Shown here in pieces: positions 58,161 to 64,000 of a stretch of 64,000 nucleotides of DNA. A program made the translations under genes and the position numbers. The stretch comes from a virus: IMG/VR virus record IMGVR_UViG_3300044568_002423; one strand, written 5' to 3'. Under the pieces are notes generated by a model. It had not been told where the DNA came from. It saw only the letters and a program-made list of their open reading frames with translations, and ran no database searches. How positions within the stretch are numbered: position 1 is the stretch's first letter; every line of letters starts with the position of its first letter.

Positions 58161-60322
58161 GTTGTTATAGTGGTCCAAACGAAGTGTCAAACAATTTGGT
58201 TGGTTATTTGGATGTGTCAAATAAAAAGAGTTATAATTACAATCTTGCAGCATACACTGATAATCTTTCTGCATGGTCGGTTAATGGAACATTGACAACT
58301 GGTCAAACCGATCCATTAGGAGGGCCAAATGCTGTAAAAGTGACAGCAACTAATACCGATCCTTATATTACTCACACCAACCCAGTTGTTGTTTCAGGAA
58401 GAACGTATAATTTTTCGGTGTGGATGAAAGGTGAAGGAACAGCACTGGGTAAAAACTTTACTTTTTCGGTATATGACGGAACTGCTTGGGTATCTGGATC
58501 GTGGAGTACAAATTTTGTCATAACAAATGGTTGGAAGAGAATATCACAAACATTTACTCCATCCAATTCCGGAACAGCACAAATTAGATTTGATTGTCCA
58601 GAAAGTGGAACACCAGCCATTGGTGATGTTGTATATTTGTATGGTGTTCAATTTTCAGAAGGTTCATCATTATTACCATATATCAGTAATCCAACATTTA
58701 CAACATCAACAAAAATTTTTGATTTAAGTGGAAATAGTTTCAGTGGAATTTTGGTAAATACACCACCATATAGTTCTACAAATAATGGTTATTTAACTTT
58801 CAATGGAACTACCCAAAACATAACAACCACATCAGTTTTGGTTCCTGTAGGAGCAACGGCATACACCGTTTCTGTTTGGTATAATAGATCCAGAAATAAT
58901 GTTGTGGAAGAATTATTATCGCAATGGACAACAGCAAATTCTGGCAATTCTTTCTTTTTTGGATTTAGTAGTTCAGTTGTAAGATTTACGGATAGTTGGA
59001 ATACTATTTCCGTTGCCGGAGCAGGAACAACAGGAACTTGGAACAATTTGGTTGGAGTAAATACAGGAACTAATGCATACATATATCTCAATGGTGTATT
59101 AAGGGCAACCAAAGGTAGTGCTTTAGGTTATACCGGAACTGGGAATTTTATTATTGGAAATCAAAGTCAGAATAATGCAGAGTATTTTCAAGGTAGTATT
59201 GCTAATGTTCAAGTTTATAATGTGGCATTAACAGCTGACAAAGTAAAACAAAACTTCAATGCATTACGAGGGAGATTTGGTTCAACCGTACTTGATGCCG
59301 AATTTACTACACCCGCAACGATGAATGGGTCAACAACTCCGGTGGTAATGTCCGTAGTAACCGTCAATTCAGCTGGTTTATTTGTAGCAGTAGGAGCTGG
59401 TCAGTTTGGTTATCCAAAATATGCTACTTCAACTAATGGATACATATGGACTACACCTGCAGCGATGAACGGATCAACAACTACTACTTATCTCACTGCA
59501 ATCACAGTTAATTCAACCGGTTTATTTGTAGCAGTAGGACGTAATAATAGTGGTTATCCAGTATATGCCACTTCAACTGATGGGTCTACATGGACCACGC
59601 CTGCAGTTATGAACGGTTCAACAACTACTACTTATCTCAATTCAATTACAGTTAATTCATCTGGTTTATTTGTAGCAGTAGGTTGTAACGGTATCGACGG
59701 TATTTATTATCCATCATATGCTACTTCAACTAATGGGTCTACATGGACCACACCTGCACTTATAAACGGTTCAACAACTCCTGCGTCCATGGGCGGAGTT
59801 GCTGTTAATTCAGCAGGACTGTTTGTAGCAGTAGGAACTGATAATACTAACCATTGGCCATTATATGCTACTTCAACTGATGGGTCTACATGGACTACAC
59901 CAGCACGGATGAACGGTTCGACAGGGTGGTATGAAATGAACTCAGTCGCTGTTAATTCAGCTGGTCTATTTGTAGCAGTAGGACAGTTTTATCCTGGTGG
60001 TGCCTACCAATCAGCATATGCTACTTCAACCGATGGGTCTACATGGACTACACCTGCAGTTATGAATGGATATTCAGGATATGGACAAATGACCTCAGTC
60101 GCTGTTAATTCAGCTGGTCTATTTGTATCAGTAGGAACTGACGATAATGCTTATCCAGCATATGCTACTTCAACTAATGGGTCTACATGGACTACGCCTA
60201 TAGTTATGAACGGAACAACCACGGTTGCGACAATGAGCTCAATCACAGTCAATTCAGCTGGTTTATTTGTAACAGTAGGACGTGATAGTAATAGCCTTCC
60301 ATTATATGCTATAGCAAATTAA
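58157..60322 (+). CDS. LamG protein with an inserted CBM-like domain and a C-terminal 7-repeat beta-propeller
   Basis: LamG ends FNALRGRFG, then 7 x ~49-aa 'TTPA.MNG...VNSAGLFVAVG...YATST.GSTW'. Confidence 0.8.
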   Translation: MSCYSGPNEVSNNLVGYLDVSNKKSYNYNLAAYTDNLSAWSVNGTLTTGQTDPLGGPNAVKVTATNTDPYITHTNPVVVSGRTYNFSVWMKGEGTALGKNFTFSVYDGTAWVSGSWSTNFVITNGWKRISQTFTPSNSGTAQIRFDCPESGTPAIGDVVYLYGVQFSEGSSLLPYISNPTFTTSTKIFDLSGNSFSGILVNTPPYSSTNNGYLTFNGTTQNITTTSVLVPVGATAYTVSVWYNRSRNNVVEELLSQWTTANSGNSFFFGFSSSVVRFTDSWNTISVAGAGTTGTWNNLVGVNTGTNAYIYLNGVLRATKGSALGYTGTGNFIIGNQSQNNAEYFQGSIANVQVYNVALTADKVKQNFNALRGRFGSTVLDAEFTTPATMNGSTTPVVMSVVTVNSAGLFVAVGAGQFGYPKYATSTNGYIWTTPAAMNGSTTTTYLTAITVNSTGLFVAVGRNNSGYPVYATSTDGSTWTTPAVMNGSTTTTYLNSITVNSSGLFVAVGCNGIDGIYYPSYATSTNGSTWTTPALINGSTTPASMGGVAVNSAGLFVAVGTDNTNHWPLYATSTDGSTWTTPARMNGSTGWYEMNSVAVNSAGLFVAVGQFYPGGAYQSAYATSTDGSTWTTPAVMNGYSGYGQMTSVAVNSAGLFVSVGTDDNAYPAYATSTNGSTWTTPIVMNGTTTVATMSSITVNSAGLFVTVGRDSNSLPLYAIAN

Positions 60323-60384
60323 TAGGCAACTGCTAATATACCAGTGGTATAAATGTATAAATACAATAAAAACAGGATAAACTA

Positions 60385-61254
60385 ATGGCATTAACAGATA
60401 AAAACATTGTAATTACACCGAATATTGGAGTTGCAACTGATCCTAAAATTGTATTTTCTGGAGCCGATTCATCGACCACAGCACAAAATATTACATTAAC
60501 AACATATCCAACATCTAATGGAACTCTAAGTTTTGATGGTTCTGCTGGTCAATTATTTTCAATTACCAATAGTTTATCCGGTACTATATTTTCCGTTAAT
60601 GATATATCTGGTATGCCAAGTATCGAGGTTTTAGATTCCGGCATTGTTAAACTTGCTCAATATAGCGGTAATATTCTAGTAGGAACCGCGTATGATAATA
60701 GTGGCAATAAATTACAAGTTAATGGTAATATGACAATTAGCAATACCTTAAAACTGGTAGACCAATCAATTCCACCAACTGAGCGTGCTAGAATTAATAT
60801 TAATGGAACGTCTTTAGAATTTCATGTCAATGAAACAACTACTGCTAGACTTTTCATAGATTCTTCCGGAAACGTGATGATTGGAGCAGGAAACTTTTGG
60901 AAATATACACCAACCCCAACTACCCTGAACGCAGGAGCAAACGCAGTTACCGCAGTTCAATTGAAAGGTGAGATTTTTACAACAACAGCAACAACTGCGG
61001 TAACGATGACGTTACCGTTAGCTACAGATTTAGATACTTATTTCTCTGGCGCAGTTGCTGCGGGATTTAACATTGGTTTTGATTTCTATGTCCAAAACAA
61101 TGGAACATCTACTGGTGCAATTACCGTTTCGGTAAATACTGGTATTACAAATGGTGGTATAGCAGGAAACTTAACAGTTGCAATCGGCACTTACGCAAAG
61201 TTTAGATTAAGAAGAACTGCTGCAAATACCTATATTCTCTACAGACTATCCTAA
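60385..61254 (+). CDS. Virion structural protein
   Basis: TATAAATA at 60356-60363; GSAGQLFSIT..SG.IFSVNDISG.P motif; Thr/Gly-rich. Confidence 0.6.
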   Translation: MALTDKNIVITPNIGVATDPKIVFSGADSSTTAQNITLTTYPTSNGTLSFDGSAGQLFSITNSLSGTIFSVNDISGMPSIEVLDSGIVKLAQYSGNILVGTAYDNSGNKLQVNGNMTISNTLKLVDQSIPPTERARININGTSLEFHVNETTTARLFIDSSGNVMIGAGNFWKYTPTPTTLNAGANAVTAVQLKGEIFTTTATTAVTMTLPLATDLDTYFSGAVAAGFNIGFDFYVQNNGTSTGAITVSVNTGITNGGIAGNLTVAIGTYAKFRLRRTAANTYILYRLS

Positions 61255-61257
61255 ATA

Positions 61258-62451
61258 TCAAAGAACTTTTAGCAATATAGTATCTTCGCCAATGCGACCG
61301 TTCATTTTAGTATCGGTCGCATTAATATCATCTAAGAATTTACGTAATTGTACCTTACCGGCTTTCTTAAATTCAGTTAATTTTTCAATTGGTTTACGAA
61401 GTGTTTTTTGAATACTGGTATGTTCATTAAAACCAACAATACTTACTCCTTTAACTGTCAATGGACCAGTCATATCATCAGCGATATATCTTCCAAGCTT
61501 TCTTGTTCGGGTATTATACAACCATAACTCAGTACTGCCTATTATGTCAGTTGGATTTATCGATACCAACTTTAAAGGCTCATGTGTCTTTAGAAATTTC
61601 AATTTTTCAACTAGTTTATCCTTCGGCACTGATTTTTTAACTCGTGGTTTACGAGTAATCTTTGCCTCCTCCATTAACATAATACAAGCGGACTCGATTT
61701 CTTTATAAAAAGTCAATAAACTGGTAATTTGTTTTTTGGTACGATGACTATATCCTTCTTTTAAGTCTTCATCAATCTCACCACCACTAGAAACTTCAAT
61801 CAATTCTGCCAAACCAGACGCATAATACTCTTTTATAACACGCGCATGCGCTGGTTTAGCCTCTTTTCCTTTGAGTAAGTTAAGAACTTTAAATTGTTTT
61901 GGATCAAATGTTTCAGGATTGATCATCCAACTCTCTATGGCATCTTCAATTTCTTCTGTCATGACAAAGGTTGCTTCCCTGACACGCTCCTGAATACTAA
62001 TCACGTTTGTTGGAACTTTTTTTACTTCTTCATCAGTGTCTGTGTCAATATTACCACTTTCAATCACGGCATTGATAGAATTGACTAACCATTCTCTAAT
62101 ATTTCGACCTTCATTAAAATCATCTCGTTGTTCTGGCATACCTTTAAGAAAGTTGCGAGCAATAGAACCCATAGTGGTACTAGAACGCCAATCTTTCGTG
62201 TTCTTAAATGCGGTAATAGTTGCTTTTTCAAACTTATTCACGGTCATCCAATCAACTACCGCGCCTTTTAAATCTTTTACATTTAATAATAGGTTGTAAT
62301 ATTGCATTGATGAATGAAAATGTCGAAGAAACTCCAATGTTGTAAATGATTCATGCCCAGCCCATTCTGGACTTAAATCTTTTCCACGGTTTTCCCGTAT
62401 AGTAACACTTGTAATCTTCTGTTTTTTTGTTTTTTTAACTACTTTTGCCAT
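61258..62451 (-). CDS. Hypothetical phage protein
   Basis: 397-aa ORF; basic C-terminal KTLRKP...NGRI domain. Confidence 0.7.
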   Translation of the reverse strand: MAKVVKKTKKQKITSVTIRENRGKDLSPEWAGHESFTTLEFLRHFHSSMQYYNLLLNVKDLKGAVVDWMTVNKFEKATITAFKNTKDWRSSTTMGSIARNFLKGMPEQRDDFNEGRNIREWLVNSINAVIESGNIDTDTDEEVKKVPTNVISIQERVREATFVMTEEIEDAIESWMINPETFDPKQFKVLNLLKGKEAKPAHARVIKEYYASGLAELIEVSSGGEIDEDLKEGYSHRTKKQITSLLTFYKEIESACIMLMEEAKITRKPRVKKSVPKDKLVEKLKFLKTHEPLKLVSINPTDIIGSTELWLYNTRTRKLGRYIADDMTGPLTVKGVSIVGFNEHTSIQKTLRKPIEKLTEFKKAGKVQLRKFLDDINATDTKMNGRIGEDTILLKVL

Positions 62452-62490
62452 GTGGTCATCCGTTGATTTATACTTAATTAATTATACAAA

Positions 62491-62697
62491 TTAGATAGGT
62501 TTTGTACGAACCGTTTCGTTACTCATCCATGCCTTTTTTATCATACTTGGTTTGTCTGGACGAGCTGAACAGTATCGACAATTTAACTCTGGCGAACATT
62601 TGGTATCTTCCAACCAGGCATTGCATAATTCACAATAATACGAATCGTATTCATAGTTATATTTTCGTTCACTGCCACATTTACACAGATTACTCAT
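62491..62697 (-). CDS. Small Cys-rich protein
   Basis: CKC, CELC, C...C.YC..RP. Confidence 0.55.
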   Translation of the reverse strand: MSNLCKCGSERKYNYEYDSYYCELCNAWLEDTKCSPELNCRYCSARPDKPSMIKKAWMSNETVRTKPI

Positions 62698-62705
62698 TGG
62701 AAATA

Positions 62706-63083
62706 TTAATTACTACGTACTAGATATGGATTTAATTCAGGCGCTTTCCAATCTGCAGGTTTCAATACTTTACCATCAGCACGTTTATTAACTTTACCTG
62801 TTGATGAATCAATTTTAGCAAAATTAGTACCCATAACTTCATCCCACGCACCTTGTGCATCAAATCCTGCTGAATGTATCGCACCAATAGTAACTACTAA
62901 AATATCAATAAGGGCATCTAGTTGTTCAGCACGATCATCTACAATCAATGCTTCTTGTAATTCATCAAATTCTTCCCTAATCAGTGTTAAGTACATATTG
63001 TACTGATCTTCATTGTATGAATCAACAGTTTGATCACACGCTAGCATGAATGTTTCTTGGTCTTTTATAATTTCGATTGTCAT
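62706..63083 (-). CDS. MazG/HisE-like all-alpha NTP pyrophosphohydrolase
   Basis: LIREEFDEL, DALID, V..TNFAK, DGKVLKP..WK.P. Confidence 0.8.
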   Translation of the reverse strand: MTIEIIKDQETFMLACDQTVDSYNEDQYNMYLTLIREEFDELQEALIVDDRAEQLDALIDILVVTIGAIHSAGFDAQGAWDEVMGTNFAKIDSSTGKVNKRADGKVLKPADWKAPELNPYLVRSN

Positions 63084-63094
63084 TTTATTTTCGC

Positions 63095-63307
63095 TTATCG
63101 TTGGTGTTGTATTAAAGGTGGTTGTCCTGGTTTCAAGTGCCAATCATATTCCTGGCAACAATCTACACAGATCTTTTTATCAAATGTTCTTAAAAGTAGC
63201 ATAAGTTGACTACATTTTGGACATCTGTTTTCTGGGTAATCAAGGTTATTAGTTAGGTGTTGGCCACAGGCGTGGCAACTATCGTTGTGAGGTGTTGTGT
63301 CATCCAT
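63095..63307 (-). CDS. Small Zn-ribbon protein
   Basis: Three CxxC pairs; own promoter. Confidence 0.55.
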   Translation of the reverse strand: MDDTTPHNDSCHACGQHLTNNLDYPENRCPKCSQLMLLLRTFDKKICVDCCQEYDWHLKPGQPPLIQHQR

Positions 63308-63328
63308 AACTTATTTTATCCATGATGT

Positions 63329-63357
63329 ATTATATAGTAAAATAATGGTGATGTCAA
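63329..63357 (-). promoter_or_regulatory. Consensus sigma70 promoter
   Basis: TTGACA-17-TATAAT exact. Confidence 0.85.
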
Positions 63358-63371
63358 GTAATTTTGTGTGA

Positions 63372-63403
63372 CAAAAAAGCCGCTTATATTGCTACAAGCG
63401 GCT
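63372..63403 (-). terminator. Terminator directly after pmoC
   Basis: AGCCGCTT-10 nt-AAGCGGCT followed by TTTTT on the minus strand. Confidence 0.8.
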
Positions 63404-63409
63404 AATATA

Positions 63410-64000
63410 TTAAGCTAAGTCTTTTTTCAGAAGTTTAGCAATAGCTTGAACTTCTATGTTTACAACACCTAATACACCCAAAGCAGCCCATCCGAAGAAT
63501 ACGAAACCGTAGTGTAAAGGAGCAACAAACAATTCTTCCATAAACCAGAAAGTGTGACCCCATTCGTTCAAGCCAACATTTGGCAAGATCATGAAAGGAC
63601 CAACTACTGCTACTAAATACTGAAGTGACAAACCTTTTTGATAGGTTGGCAATCTAGTTTTAGCATATAAGAATGCAGCACCACCAGTGATAATATAGAT
63701 TGGATAGCTCAAGTAGAATTCAATAACATGACTTGGTGTAAAGTCAGTGTCACGAACAATAGTTTGATGCCATGTACCATCTTGCTCAGTGAAGTAGCTA
63801 GCGCCATAATAAATAGCGATACCGTACATAACTAACCAAGTCCAATGAGTCATATGTCTTCTTAACTCTTCTCTTGGAGTGATTGACATCACTTTACGGT
63901 CACGAGATTTCCAAAGATAGCCCCACAAAATACCAGCAGTCGATACTTCTAGAACAAACTCAATATAAAGAAAGTTCATCCAATATGTTTCGAATTCAGG
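63410..64000 (-). CDS. pmoC: Particulate methane monooxygenase subunit C (5' end beyond window)
   Basis: PEFETYWMN, ASYFTEQDGTWHQTIVRDTDFTPSH, PNVGLNEWGHTFWFMEELFVAPLHYGFVFFGW. Confidence 0.97.
   Translation of the reverse strand, partial: PEFETYWMNFLYIEFVLEVSTAGILWGYLWKSRDRKVMSITPREELRRHMTHWTWLVMYGIAIYYGASYFTEQDGTWHQTIVRDTDFTPSHVIEFYLSYPIYIITGGAAFLYAKTRLPTYQKGLSLQYLVAVVGPFMILPNVGLNEWGHTFWFMEELFVAPLHYGFVFFGWAALGVLGVVNIEVQAIAKLLKKDLA

Noticed and set aside
62481-62509. Sigma70 promoter before the 397-aa gene
   Set aside because: TATAAT is present but there is no recognisable -35 at 17 nt spacing

Overview
This AT-rich, gene-dense window looks like part of a large tailed-phage genome with T4-like modules. 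It ends in a stand-alone pmoC (particulate methane monooxygenase subunit C, cut off by the window edge), so it is most likely a 'pmoC-phage' of a gammaproteobacterial methanotroph. The window holds a pair of tandem Ig/Gly-rich virion proteins, a MoxR-like AAA ATPase with a metallopeptidase-VWA partner, and replication genes (family B DNA polymerase, probable clamp, clamp loader, RNase H/5' nuclease, DsbA-like protein, DNA methyltransferase, DnaE fragment). It also holds chaperones (ClpA, DnaJ, GroES), a lysis cassette, PhoH, a baseplate/tail-fibre region with a 3472-aa protein, and a LamG receptor-binding cassette. Two promoter classes are readable directly: near-perfect sigma70 TTGACA-N17-TATAAT and T4-late-like (G/T)ATAAATA. 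The best candidate for an undescribed system is a late operon encoding three unrelated nucleotidyltransferase folds (Pol-beta, KxDG ligase-like and HIGH-class), lying next to putative capsid-packaged proteins. Several RNA-level controls are also visible: a gp43-like operator hairpin, RBS-occluding hairpins that bracket late promoters, and a two-state phoH leader. All assignments come from motif recognition by eye; no searches were run.
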